Made by a program: the position numbers and the translations under genes
DNA from: Bacillota bacterium
Lineage (GTDB): Bacteria > Bacillota > SHA-98 > UBA4971
NCBI GenBank assembly: GCA_050949175.1
Contig: JBMNFG010000011.1
Location: forward strand, 195,749 to 259,748
DNA length: 64,000 nt
Direction of reading: 5' to 3'
Shown here: piece after piece, positions 1 through 11,000 of the stretch
How positions within the stretch are numbered: the stretch's first letter is position 1
Layout of the letters: every line of letters begins with the position of its first letter
Notes under the pieces: generated by a model
The model's database searches: none
What the model saw: only the letters and a program-made list of their open reading frames with translations
Told to the model about the DNA's origin: nothing

Positions 1-86
1 ACCTGTAGCCTTTCAGGTAGCTGAAAACGGGATGATAACTACAATTGACATGGATCTTGCACTTCTCTGAAAATATTACGGTATTA

Positions 87-1265
87 TCACCTTTCAACTA
101 TGACTGAAAGGCCCATACCTCCGCCTATACATAAGGTGGCAAGGCCAAATCTTACATCTCGTTTAATCATTTCGTGCAAAAGCGTAACGAGAATCCTTGC
201 TCCGCTTGCCCCGATGGGATGGCCGAGAGCTATGGCACCTCCGTTGACATTGACTTTATCGATGTCCCAGCCAAGCTCTCGCCCGACTGCAAGGGACTGG
301 ACGGCAAATGCCTCGTTTGCCTCGATTATGTCTATATCATCCAGGTTCAACCCTGCCTTTGCCAAAGCTTTTCTTGTGGCAGAGACAGGCCCGATTCCCA
401 TCACTTTAGGCTCTACGCCTGAACTTGCGTACGCCTTGACGGTAGCCATCGGTTTTATCCCAAGTTCAGAAGCCTTATCTTTTGATGCTATGACAAGCGC
501 AGCTGCTCCGTCATTGATGCCTGAGGCATTCCCCGCTGTAACAGTTCCGTCTTTCTTAAAGGCAGGCCTTAGAGATGCGAGTTTTTCCTTGGTAGTACCG
601 GGCCTTGGGTGTTCGTCCCGGGAAAAGACTATCGGATCGCCTTTTCGCTGAGGGATTTCCACCGGTACTATCTCGTCTTCGAATCTCCCTTCAGCGATCG
701 CTTTTTCAGCTTTCTGCTGGCTTCCGGCTGCAAATTCATCTTGCTCCTCCCGGGTGATGCCGTACAGTTCTGCGAGGTTTTCAGCGGTAATCCCCATGTG
801 CACGTCATTGAAGATGCACCATAAGCCGTCTGATATCATACTGTCAATGAGCTCCCCATGACCCATGCGGTACCCGTATCGAGCCTTGTGAAGGATATGC
901 GGGGCCAGATTCATATTCTCCATGCCGCCTGCCACTATTACGTCTGCGTCTTCGCACATTACGGCTTGAGCTGCAAGCACTACAGCCTTGAGACCGGAAG
1001 CGCATACCTTGTTCACAGTCATGGCAGGCACTTTCGCATCTAACTTCGCTTTCATCGCTGCCTGCCTGGCAGGGTTTTGGCCTTGCCCTGCCTGGAGTAC
1101 ATTTCCCATAATCACCTCATCTACAGTATCCAGGGATATCCCTGCTCTTTTAATCGCTTCTTTAATGACGACTGCACCTAGGTCACCGGCACGAACATTC
1201 TGAAGTGTACCCCCGAAAGTACCGATCGCCGTCCTCACACCGCTCAAAATCACAACCTCGCGCAC
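87..1265 (-). CDS. acetyl-CoA C-acetyltransferase (thiolase II)
   Basis: 392 aa. N-terminal [16 protein letters not shown] and C-terminal [12 protein letters not shown] thiolase signatures, with the catalytic Cys region NKVCASGL. Confidence 0.9.
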   Translation of the reverse strand: MREVVILSGVRTAIGTFGGTLQNVRAGDLGAVVIKEAIKRAGISLDTVDEVIMGNVLQAGQGQNPARQAAMKAKLDAKVPAMTVNKVCASGLKAVVLAAQAVMCEDADVIVAGGMENMNLAPHILHKARYGYRMGHGELIDSMISDGLWCIFNDVHMGITAENLAELYGITREEQDEFAAGSQQKAEKAIAEGRFEDEIVPVEIPQRKGDPIVFSRDEHPRPGTTKEKLASLRPAFKKDGTVTAGNASGINDGAAALVIASKDKASELGIKPMATVKAYASSGVEPKVMGIGPVSATRKALAKAGLNLDDIDIIEANEAFAVQSLAVGRELGWDIDKVNVNGGAIALGHPIGASGARILVTLLHEMIKRDVRFGLATLCIGGGMGLSVIVER

Positions 1266-1271
1266 CTTTCC

Positions 1272-1991
1272 TCACTCCCTGTCTGCGTGTTGTGGGAAGG
1301 GAACACACCGTTTCGGTGATTCTGTCCTCTCATAACCTCTATATTCCACGGTTATTCTGAAGACACGGCCCAACGTAAACAATCCTGCACCTATCTCCAT
1401 GGTCATCATCTCAGGAAACCACTCTTCAGAGGATTCGCTGCGGAAAACCACGGTCACGTATCGCATGGAAAAAGGCTGAGCAAATGCCCGTTCTGTTGAG
1501 GACGACTCGATTTTCACAGGTATGCCGGATTCCTTCTCCAACCAAGCTGTACCTTCCAGCGCCTCTGTCCCTTTACGCCAAATATACTCGTACTTGACGC
1601 ATTGTTTTCCTTCTATGTCTTTTATCTCAGGGGTTGTATTGAGCGATATATCATTTTGAGACTCAGGTTCAAAAGGGCTGTTATCTACAATATTAAGAGA
1701 GTTTGGATCAACGTAGGAATTGAAAGAAGATTCGTCTTTGCTTTTTGGTGTGAAATCCAGCAGGGCTTCCTCTTTATGCTCCACCTCACCGCGTTTGTTT
1801 AGAATCTCAATCCTCAACACCGCCGACTGCGGAGCCCATCCCTTGTTTGCTTCCGCTATAGCAACTGCCTTTTGCCACAAGGGGTCTTTTTCGGCGCCCT
1901 TTGCCAAATTACATGAGGAGAAGACAGATAAACCGGTAACGCATATTATCAAAACGACAGTATACAACCGAAAACAATAGGAAAGAGACAT
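1272..1991 (-). CDS. hypothetical lipoprotein
   Basis: 239 aa. Signal peptide with lipobox-like LSVFSSC. Gap of 6 bp to the thiolase gene. No recognisable domain. Confidence 0.45.
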   Translation of the reverse strand: MSLSYCFRLYTVVLIICVTGLSVFSSCNLAKGAEKDPLWQKAVAIAEANKGWAPQSAVLRIEILNKRGEVEHKEEALLDFTPKSKDESSFNSYVDPNSLNIVDNSPFEPESQNDISLNTTPEIKDIEGKQCVKYEYIWRKGTEALEGTAWLEKESGIPVKIESSSTERAFAQPFSMRYVTVVFRSESSEEWFPEMMTMEIGAGLFTLGRVFRITVEYRGYERTESPKRCVPFPQHADRE

Positions 1992-2074
1992 TCAAGAGGC
2001 AGCCCCCAGTAAATGGTAATATATGCATATTATACATATATTACCATATGGGGGTCAATGCCTCTTCTTTCGTG

Positions 2075-4591
2075 CTAGCACTCAGTATATCCACAAGCCA
2101 TGCATTTGAGACAACCTTCAACATGGATCAGATTCCACGTACCGCATGCCGGGCATAGGCTGAATAATTTAGCTGTCGGGCCGGCGTCTTCAAACCCGGA
2201 CATATCGTCCGAACTGCCTTGGGCGTTTTCGTCGCCTCGCAGCTCGTCAAGGTATCCTGCGAGGAACTGGCCTATAGCATCAGGAACAGACCGGACTCTG
2301 CTGGGCCCGAACCCGATACTCCTGGAACCGCCTATCCCGGTCAATTGGGCAGCAATCTCATCGGGGTCAACACCGCATCTTAGGGAAATTGATACCAGCC
2401 TTGCAATTGCCTCTGTAAATGCGCTGACATCACTTCCTGCCTTACCGATCTGTGCAAAGAGCTCAATGGGATGACGGTCCACTGTATTCAGTGTAAGGAA
2501 GAGCTTGCCGAGGGGGGTTGCCCGTACATCAGTAAACCCAACCAGCCTCGACGGCCTGTCTATAGGACGAATCTTGCCCCATACCCCATTTATGCGTTGC
2601 TGCACTCCACTTAAGGCTAATTCCGATCGGACACCGTCTGTGTCAGCAGCAGCAGAAGCCTCCGTACCTACAGTCAATACTTGTTCGTCACGGCTGCCGT
2701 CCCGATACACAGTAACACCTTTGCATCCGAGAGTATAGGCAAGAAGGAAAACCTCCTCCACATCGTCAGGTGTTGCTTCTCTCGGGAAATTCACAGTCTT
2801 GGAAACTGCGTTGTCAGTATACTTCTGAAATGCTGCTTGCATCCGGATATGCCATTCCGGCTCTATTTCATGGGCTGTGACAAATATCCTCTTAACTTCC
2901 TCAGGCACGCCTTCAACATCAACAAGAGAGCCTTTCCTTGCTACCTCGTCCATGAGCTCGTCTGAATAGAACCCCATCTCCTTTGCAAGGGATTCAAACA
3001 CCGGGTTGACTTCGCGAAGGGTAGTCCCGTCCAGAATATGCCTGGTGAATGCAAGGCTGAAAGCAGGCTCTATCCCGGAAGATGCACCTGCTATGATGCT
3101 TATTGTTCCGGTAGGCGCGATTGTTGTTGTAGTTGCATTTCTGACCCTGAGGCCTTCCTCTTCCCTCCTGCTTCCCTTCCAGTTAGGAAACACTCCTCTG
3201 CTCTTGGCCAGCTCCTTAGATGCCTCCCTGCTAACCGCTTGGATGAATTCCATTACATCACCGGCAAGATTGACGGCTTCCTCTGAGTCATATGCAATAC
3301 CCAGCTGCATCAGGAGATCTGCCCATCCCATCAGGCCCAGGCCTATCTTACGATTCGCTTTATGCATGTCCTGGATTTCGGGCAACGGATACTTGCTGGC
3401 ATCAATCATATTGTCGAGGAAGTGGACTGCCGTGTAGATGGACTCACGCAGGCTTTCCCAGTTAATCTTCGGTGTACCGTCAACTCTTGTAACAAACCTG
3501 CCGACATTGAGAGAGCCCAGATTACACGCCTCGTATGGCAGGAGCATCTGCTCGCCGCAGGGGTTTGTAGCTTCGTACAAACCTATATTGGGAGTGGGGT
3601 TGAACTCATTAAGACGATCAATAAAAATAATACCGGGCTCCCCTGTTTTCCATGCCGACTCTACTATGAGGTCAAAAACATCTCTTGCCCGAAGCTTTCC
3701 GGCAATCTCCCCGGTCCTGGGATTTGTCAGTTCGTATTCACCGTCGTCTTTCAGGGCAGTCATAAACGCCTCAGTGACTGCTACTGAAATATTGAAGTTA
3801 GTCAGCTGCCTCGTATCGTTCTTCACAGTAATAAACTCAAGAATATCCGGATGATCGACGCGAAGTATTCCCATATTGGCACCGCGCCTGACTCCGCCCT
3901 GCTTAATCGCTTCTGTAGCCGCATTAAACACCTTCATAAAAGAGACAGGGCCTGAAGCAACACCACCTGTAGTCCTGACAACATCATTCTTCGGACGCAG
4001 CCGGCTGAATGAAAAACCTGTGCCTCCCCCGGATTTATGTATCAATGCCGCGTTCTTTAAGGTTTCAAAGATGCTTACCATGGAGTCGTCAATCGGCAAA
4101 ACAAAACATGCAGAAAGCTGCTGAAGCTCTCTCCCGGCATTGCTCAGGGCTGGTGAGTTCGGTAAGAATTTTCGTTCTACCATGAGGTTATAGAAACTTA
4201 CTGCAGTCCGGACGAGTCTGGGCATACGCTGGGCTATTGACGCATGGAGATCCTCCCAGGTCCCCTCCACTTGACCTCTGGATGATAAATCTTCAAAAGC
4301 ATGCTTCAATGTGGTCCAATCCCATGATGAAAGCTCCAGGGCAGGAAGAGAAGCTTCTTCTTCGGAGGAAGATGAATCGTGCGGCACTTCCGATCCCGGC
4401 TCATGTCCGTTATCATACGCAGGATCATATAGCACGTCTATAACGGCTATATTCTTTGCCACCCTCCACAGCATCTCTTTGGGAGTCTCAATAATCTCTC
4501 CTGACTCGTCCCTACTTAAGTAACGGTTTTCAAGGACCGTCACAGCACTGGGGGATAACTCTGGCTCAGGCAAGGATAATTCTGATTTCAC
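2075..4591 (-). CDS. nrdJ: adenosylcobalamin-dependent (class II) ribonucleoside reductase NrdJ
   Basis: 838 aa. VLENRYL...ETP N-terminus, NPCGEQ and EACNLGSLN active-site motifs, and a C-terminal Cys4 ribbon CPACG...CLKCMACG. Acidic Ser-rich insert near the N-terminus. Confidence 0.88.
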   Translation of the reverse strand: MKSELSLPEPELSPSAVTVLENRYLSRDESGEIIETPKEMLWRVAKNIAVIDVLYDPAYDNGHEPGSEVPHDSSSSEEEASLPALELSSWDWTTLKHAFEDLSSRGQVEGTWEDLHASIAQRMPRLVRTAVSFYNLMVERKFLPNSPALSNAGRELQQLSACFVLPIDDSMVSIFETLKNAALIHKSGGGTGFSFSRLRPKNDVVRTTGGVASGPVSFMKVFNAATEAIKQGGVRRGANMGILRVDHPDILEFITVKNDTRQLTNFNISVAVTEAFMTALKDDGEYELTNPRTGEIAGKLRARDVFDLIVESAWKTGEPGIIFIDRLNEFNPTPNIGLYEATNPCGEQMLLPYEACNLGSLNVGRFVTRVDGTPKINWESLRESIYTAVHFLDNMIDASKYPLPEIQDMHKANRKIGLGLMGWADLLMQLGIAYDSEEAVNLAGDVMEFIQAVSREASKELAKSRGVFPNWKGSRREEEGLRVRNATTTTIAPTGTISIIAGASSGIEPAFSLAFTRHILDGTTLREVNPVFESLAKEMGFYSDELMDEVARKGSLVDVEGVPEEVKRIFVTAHEIEPEWHIRMQAAFQKYTDNAVSKTVNFPREATPDDVEEVFLLAYTLGCKGVTVYRDGSRDEQVLTVGTEASAAADTDGVRSELALSGVQQRINGVWGKIRPIDRPSRLVGFTDVRATPLGKLFLTLNTVDRHPIELFAQIGKAGSDVSAFTEAIARLVSISLRCGVDPDEIAAQLTGIGGSRSIGFGPSRVRSVPDAIGQFLAGYLDELRGDENAQGSSDDMSGFEDAGPTAKLFSLCPACGTWNLIHVEGCLKCMACGYTEC

Positions 4592-4787
4592 ACGGAATTC
4601 CTCCTATGAATAATCAAGTCTGCTACTTTGATAATTATTATGAAGATTTTAGTGTGGCTTGTTGGTAACAAAATGCTTGTTCTCAGATTTAGATTCCCCG
4701 CCGGGCATGGATCTCCTTCTCGAATTTGTGCGGCAAGATTCAAAATCCATCTACACCATTCGACAAGCTATTCTCATGTATGACAGC

Positions 4788-5075
4788 GGATCTTGCCGCG
4801 CCTTGTATAGCGAACCTTGCTGCGCCTCGCAGAGCGAACCTTGGTGTTTCTTGTACGCGAATCTTACTGTCTCTTGTATAGCGGGCCCTGCTATCTCTTG
4901 TACGCAGATCTTACTGCGCCTCGCCCAGTGAACCTTTCTGTCGCCTGTATAGCGAGCCTTGCTGTTTCCTGTATAGCGAGCCTTGCTGTTTCCTGTATAG
5001 CGAACCTTTCTGTCTCTTGTACGGCGGACCTTGCTGTGTCTTGTACAGCGAACCGTACTGTCTCTTGCACAGCGG
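4788..5075. repeat. tandem array A: about 12 degenerate units of about 24 bp (consensus CTTGCTGTNTCTTGTATAGCGAAC)
   Basis: Direct reading of the sequence. Lies between the MATE stop codon and the nrdJ start codon. ORF-track ORFs here (4751-5179, 4817-5152, 4891-5142) are repeat artefacts. Confidence 0.9.
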
Positions 5076-5117
5076 GTGTTGCCATGTCGTGTTGCGAGTA
5101 TACTAAAACTGCGGTAG

Positions 5118-6488
5118 CTAGCGGATTTCGATGCGCTCCCAATTGCCCTTAGAGAAATATATCCGCCCGACAATGGCACGGACTACCCATTCAATGCATA
5201 TCCCAACCCATACCGCAGCAAGAGAGAGACGAAGGACATATACGATGAACGCAATCACAGGTATGCGCACAACCCATGTTCCGATGGCAGTCATTTTCAG
5301 GGCGGATCTTGTATCACCTGCACCTCTCAGCGAACCGCGGAAAGTATCAGCAATACCGATGAAGACCTGTTCCAAGCCGGCTATTCTCAAGCAGGTTGCA
5401 GCCAGCAGCATAACCTCAGTCTCAGCAGTAAAGAACGACACGATAATATGGGGAACCGCAAAGAAAAGAACAGCGAAACCGCCCATTGTCATAACAGCAT
5501 ACCTGATAGCCCTGTACGTAACCAGTCTGGCTCGGTCAGCCTTTTTCGCACCAAGGTTCTGTCCTACAAGGACCCCGGATGCGGTGGCAAAACCTAAGCC
5601 GGGCATAAAGGAAAGGGATTCTGCAGCGATCGTCACTTGATGAGCTGCGAAAGCTACTGTACCGAGGGATGCAATCATGAATGATGAGAGTATCCTCGCT
5701 GTGCTCGTCAGTGTTTCTTCGAGAGCAGCGGGGATGCTCAGTGTCACCAGGGTCTTAACTGTATTCATGTCAATCGCAAAAAGCTTTCGGATCTTCATGG
5801 AAAGCATTGATCTTCCCTGGAATAAGGCAACTAATGTAAGAATTCCTCCTACCACGTTTGCAAACAGCGTGGCAATAGCTGCACCGGTCACACCCAGCCT
5901 GGGAAATCCAAGAACACCGAAGATAAGGACATAGTCACCGATTGCATTGATCGTGTTGGTGACAAAAGACACAAACATCGGAGTGCGGGTATCCCCTGCA
6001 CCTCTTAGGATGCCTGCACCGACCTTCGTTAAAACGAGCATCACAGAGCCTGCTCCGACAATACGAAGGTATCCGATACCCATGGCGCTTACTTCGTCTT
6101 CAAATCCACCGAGGCGAAACACAAGAGGAGCAGAAAGGTGCGTACCAACGGTAAATATAATGCCTAAGAGAATCGAAATGAGCAATGCCTGCCCCGCAGC
6201 GTGAGCTGCTCTGCCGGTATCTCCTGCACCGACTGATCTGGCCACAACAGCCATAGCACCTACAGCAACCGCAGAAAACACCCAGACGAGGTTCCAGTAG
6301 ACACTCCCTGACAGGCCTACCGCACTGAGGGCCTGAGCTCCCAAATGTCCCACCATAGCGGTGTCTACAACCCAAATGAAGGTATGGAGGATATTCTCAA
6401 CAATTGCAGGCCACGCAAGCTTCAATACTTCCCTGTCTAACTCAGGATCGGAAAATTCCCTGGCATATACTGTGTTAATATCGGACAT
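5118..6488 (-). CDS. MATE family efflux transporter
   Basis: 12-TM profile with the MATE-typical N-terminus LKLAWPAIVENIL and a duplicated half. The ATG at 6488 has a GGAGAT RBS; the ORF could extend to 6596. Confidence 0.82.
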   Translation of the reverse strand: MSDINTVYAREFSDPELDREVLKLAWPAIVENILHTFIWVVDTAMVGHLGAQALSAVGLSGSVYWNLVWVFSAVAVGAMAVVARSVGAGDTGRAAHAAGQALLISILLGIIFTVGTHLSAPLVFRLGGFEDEVSAMGIGYLRIVGAGSVMLVLTKVGAGILRGAGDTRTPMFVSFVTNTINAIGDYVLIFGVLGFPRLGVTGAAIATLFANVVGGILTLVALFQGRSMLSMKIRKLFAIDMNTVKTLVTLSIPAALEETLTSTARILSSFMIASLGTVAFAAHQVTIAAESLSFMPGLGFATASGVLVGQNLGAKKADRARLVTYRAIRYAVMTMGGFAVLFFAVPHIIVSFFTAETEVMLLAATCLRIAGLEQVFIGIADTFRGSLRGAGDTRSALKMTAIGTWVVRIPVIAFIVYVLRLSLAAVWVGICIEWVVRAIVGRIYFSKGNWERIEIR

Positions 6489-6650
6489 AGTTTCTTCATC
6501 TCCTAAGTTGGACGCATCCCCTACTTTAACAAAAACCTTCATCTGCCGCAAGATACAGAGTCCGGTCTTCGTGTCCCTGTCATACTGCTTTGCCATTGCG
6601 ACACCGCAGGACGACGCCCCATTTATTATCGTCGATCTTTTCGGTGTTCG

Positions 6651-6980
6651 CTAGTAGGGTACCGCAGCCTCACCACAGTCCAGTGTCCGCCACTAGGGTA
6701 CCACAGTCCACAGCCCGGTCTCCTCTAGTAGGGTACCAGAACCGGTGTCATCTAGTAGAGTACCACAGCCCTGTGTCCGCCAGCAGGGTACCACAGTCCA
6801 CAGCCCGGTCTCCTCTAGTAGGGTACGTGAGCTCGTTGTCCTCTAGTAGAGCACCATAGTTCGGTGTCCTGTAGTAGAGTACCACAGCCCAGTGCCCTCT
6901 AGTAGAGTACCACAGCCCAGTGTCCTGTAGTAGGGTACCAGAGCCCAGTGTCCTGTAGTAGGCTATCACAGCCCGATAGC
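6651..6980. repeat. tandem array B: about 10 units of about 30 bp (CTAGTAGRGTACCACAGYCCAGTGTCCTG)
   Basis: Direct reading. Lies immediately upstream of the MATE start codon. Confidence 0.9.
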
Positions 6981-7064
6981 TACAAAAAGCGGCAGAAATC
7001 TAACTACATTTCCTCATCCAACCACACTTCCTTACATCGCCGGCCGGATTTGGGCCACCTCTTG

Positions 7065-7560
7065 AGATTTTTTCGGGCACATGCTCATAAGTGGTCTGTT
7101 TTCAACCACCTTTCCTCAAAGAGGTGCTTCAATTTCGACCACACTTTCCGATTTTTTCGAGCAAATGTTCATAAATGGGAGATTTTGAACCACCAAAACC
7201 GGCTCAGGTGGTAGAGATTCGACCACATTTTCAGGTTGTAGGCGGGTTTTGGGAGCTTTTTCGGGCTTAGGTGGTAGATTCTCTACCACATTTTCTAAGA
7301 ACGTGGCAGTTTTTCGCCCACCTTTTCAGAAAATGTGGGCGAGTTTCGACCACCAAACCGTGATTTGTAAGATTATGGGAGGCGCGGTGGTCGATATTCT
7401 ACCACCTTAACGCCTGATCATGGTAGAAAACCTTCCACCTTTAGGCCTCCTGGTGGGCGAAACTCTACCATTTTAGAGCTTACGCTCAAAACTGTGGTCG
7501 AAAAGCTGCCACCAAAAGGCGTTAAGGTGGTTGGTTTTCGACCACTCCAGCCCGTATGCC
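7065..7560 (-). repeat. dispersed hairpin-array element, copy 1 (inverted relative to copies 2 and 3)
   Basis: The reverse complement of 7300-7380 matches 38180-38260 almost base for base. The element is built of 20-nt hairpin cores GGTGGTMGA-N4-TCKACCACC. Confidence 0.88.
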
Positions 7561-8058
7561 TAGGCATTGGTGTATCGACGCATGCCTCGACGCCAGTATA
7601 TTGACAAATGCCCAGGCGCCAGTATATTAACGGATGCCTATGTGCCAGCGTATTGAGGTATACCTAGGCGTTAGTATATTAACGCGTGCCTAGGCGTTGG
7701 AGTGTTGACGAATGCATAGGCATTGGTGAATAGACGCATGTCTAATCGTCAGTGTATTGACGCAGGCATAGGCGTTAGTGTGTTCACGCATTGCTAGGCG
7801 ATAGCGATCGACTCAGGCCTAGTATGCCTAGGCATTGACATGTTGATGCGTGCCTAGGCGATACTGTATTGACGCATGCGGAGCATACCTAAGCGCTAGT
7901 GTATTGGCGCATTCCTAGGCCATACTTCATTGACGCAGACCTAGCATGCGTAGACGCTAACGTATCGACACGTGCCTAGGCGCCGGTGTATCGACACATG
8001 CATAGTCACTGGTGTATTGACGCATGCATAGGCTTTGGTGTATTGACGCATGCCTAGG
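7553..8058. repeat. tandem array C: about 17 units of about 30 bp (GCATGCCTAGGCGTTAGTGTATTGACGCAT)
   Basis: Direct reading. Abuts copy 1 of the dispersed element and the 3' end of the A2M-like gene. Confidence 0.9.
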
Positions 8059-11000
8059 GAGTGTATGCCACTGCGTGGATAGGTTTATAATAGTCTTCCG
8101 ATATCAGCTCCCGGACAACTGTGCCGCCTGTGTCAATAGTCCGCCAGACTGCAACCCGGATTCCAGGCTTTCCGGCGGAAATCTTCTCATTTTCGGAGTT
8201 GCCGCCTGCCATGAGTCTGGGCCTTTCTACATTCAAGACTTCCCGCGTCACCTCCACTTGCCTCTTGGCTAAAAGACCAGCCTTTACCTCGACGGTAAGT
8301 CTCGGTCCCTCTGTGCGTGCACTTATAGTCACCGGGACATCCAGTTGGTTCTTGAACCGCAAGTCAAGCCCGCTTTCTTCACTGATCGTAGCATCAAAGC
8401 CCGGTGGCACATAGTCTACAGGCTGTGAGTGCGGGTGACGCTCGACTATCTCCAGCCCCGCCCTGAGAACCGCGTTATATAGCGTAGTCGACACCTGGCA
8501 GATACCTCCTGCCACTCCTGGCACGCTCTTGCCTCCTGAGATCACCCTGGCTTCTTTGTACCCCTGCGCCTCAAGCCTCGGCCCTAATACCTTGTCCAAA
8601 GAAAACACTTCTCCGGGCTGGAGCACAAATCCGTCAATAGCCTGCGCAGCAAGGGCGATGTTGTGATTCCTATTCAATTCTGGCTCTTTAACAGTAGTAG
8701 AAAAACCCGCTAAGGTAGGCATCTCAACAACTATATCGTGGCTCCTGGAAGCACCGTATACGTCAGGCAAGTACATCCCCCACGCCATAGTCGGCATCAC
8801 CTTGTATTCTCCAGGCCGTTCAGCCCTCATGGAATACACTATCTCGTTCTCGCCCTCATCAAGATAAGTGCTGAAGATCGCTACTTTCTCATCGCGGATT
8901 TCTTTCTGCGCAAACCAGAAATCCCAGCTGTAGCGGTCAACCGGCTTATCGATCACTTCAAATCCTGACGGAAGGGGATCCTCAATCATGATGTACGTGC
9001 GAGGCCTATCCGTTCTCACGGTGAGCCTGACTATAATCTCATCTCCCTGATTCACACGGCCTGTAATCGGCTCAAAGGTGTTGCTTCCTTGGACTTTGCG
9101 GTAGTAATTGCGACTCACCTTCAGGCCGTTATCAACTTCTGCCATGGATTCAGACGGAGTCACGTACTTGCAGCTAACAGAGTAATAGAGCCTTCCCGTA
9201 CCCGTTTTCTTGACAACAAGTTCATTCTTGCCCGGAACCAATTGGCTCGGGTCTATCTCTATCACGCTCTCCTTATCCCATGCATTTTTCCCGGAAAACG
9301 CGATCCTTTCCACCTGTTTTCCATTGAGTGATACGTTTGCCGTTATATTTGACTTAATCTCCTCACGGAGCTTCATATACTCAGTTAGCGCCATTACGGC
9401 AATGGCAGTGTCTTTCGTAGATGTCCAGGCATTCCCCATGCGTGCTTCAGACAGCCACCTCACAACTTGCGGAGCCACAGGATGGTCAGGCTCTACAGCC
9501 AGTATTGCCAAAAGGGCATATGCAGTAGTCTCAATCCGATTGTCGGCCCAGTACCACTCCTCCTGTGACGCATCCCAGTAAGTCCTCGCGTTATCACCGC
9601 GAGCACGCTGCAAGAGGTCGCCAAGGACTATCCTTGCATCATCAAGCCTCTCCACGTTCTTCAAAGTCAGAGTAAGGAGAGCCAGAGAATAGTTGGAAAG
9701 CTCCTCGCGCCTCACGATCATCTCATCAAGACGGGGCAGGAACCTCTCTCCGACCTCAGACATAATGAACAAGTTGTATACCAGGTCATCAACGCTTTTC
9801 GGCTTGTTAAGGAATACGCCAAGTGCCCTCTTGCCTCGCATTAAAACGCCGTCATCTACGTGGTAACCTGCTTTCTTTGCGAGATTGAGGCCATACACTA
9901 CGTACGCAGTTGTCCTTGCTTTAGGCTCGTCATATCCCCACCAGCCCCAGCCGCCTTCCCAGTGCTGATACTTGTATAACCGGGCAAGGCCTGCGTTTAC
10001 CATATCCGGAAGGTCCTTCTCAATCTCAGGCATCTCAATGCCCAGTTCACGAAGGGTATTGGAAACGATAATGTTAGGCAGGAACGAGTTCATCGTCTGC
10101 TCGGTACAGCCGTACGGATAGGACGTTAGATATTCTAGAGCTCCTAAAGCAGTGGCAGCCACAGAAGGTGCAAGCCTGACTTCCACATTCAATGTGTTAT
10201 CTATTACATCTTCCGGAACATCAAATACGATTTTCACTTCTCCGTCTTCTGCCGGGTCTTTCCCTACCTCGCCGCCATCAAATACCTGAACCTGGTTACC
10301 AAAGGGCAGCACGGAAACGTTAAGCTCCAGAGCATCACTGAGTCTTCCTGCACTTGCTGACGCAGTAAACTTAGCAACACCTACTGTGTCGCATTTGATC
10401 TTCCAGTTAAGTGTAGCCTGCGCGCCGGGAGCCAGGTCTACTCCTCGCTCTTTCCCATCAACCAAGGCGACCCCTTCTGCTTTGAGGCTGACCTTGGCGT
10501 TTATTTGCCTGTCAGTATAGTTGTGGACGATTGTAGATATATAAGTAGTATCGCCCAGCCTGAAGAACCTAGGCACAGCCATCCTGACAATAAGGTCCTT
10601 CGTGGTCTTCACGTCACGCGTAGCGGACCCCACTTGGGTAGCCAATGTATGGCCTCTGACAGTTGCCCTCCATGTAGTTAAGGAATCAGGCATGGTGAAA
10701 CTGACTTTCGCTGTGCCTTTTCTGTCAGTCATAACTACAGGCGCCCAAAAGGCTGTATCCGGAAAATCCCTTCGGACATCTGAGTCACCTGCCTCCTTGT
10801 CTGCGCCTCCATAGTACCACCGCGGGAAAGAGTAGTTTGTCATAATCTGGTTCCATATCGACCCGTAGAATGCTTTCCGGATATCAGGTGCAAGCTCGCC
10901 CTGGATGGCATAAATCGATGCGTCCACAACTCCTATTGAGACTTCAGCCTGCACGGGACGGCCTGCATGGTCCAGCGTCTTAATGGTATAGGAAGCCCGC

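Noticed and set aside
100-651. 183-aa plus-strand ORF antisense to the thiolase gene, and 14213-14653 Arg/Cys-rich ORF antisense to the LysM gene
   Set aside because: Both are fully embedded antisense to strongly supported genes. The composition is biased (antisense of a Pro/Thr-rich linker gives an Arg/Cys-rich artefact) and there is no RBS.
4592-4790. Cobalamin riboswitch or NrdR box in the nrdJ leader
   Set aside because: No B12-element core and no ACACWATATWTWGTGT-like NrdR palindrome are recognisable. The leader is instead occupied by array A.
4751-5179. ORF-track ORFs inside tandem arrays: 4751-5179, 4817-5152, 4891-5142, 6590-6859, 6748-6969, 25201-25644, 25191-25601, 34100-34337, 37209-37544
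   Set aside because: Their translations are periodic copies of the DNA repeat unit (for example ASLAVSCIASLAVSC, SPVSATRVPQSTARSPLVGY). They occur in several frames and strands at once and have no RBS or domain. They are repeat artefacts.
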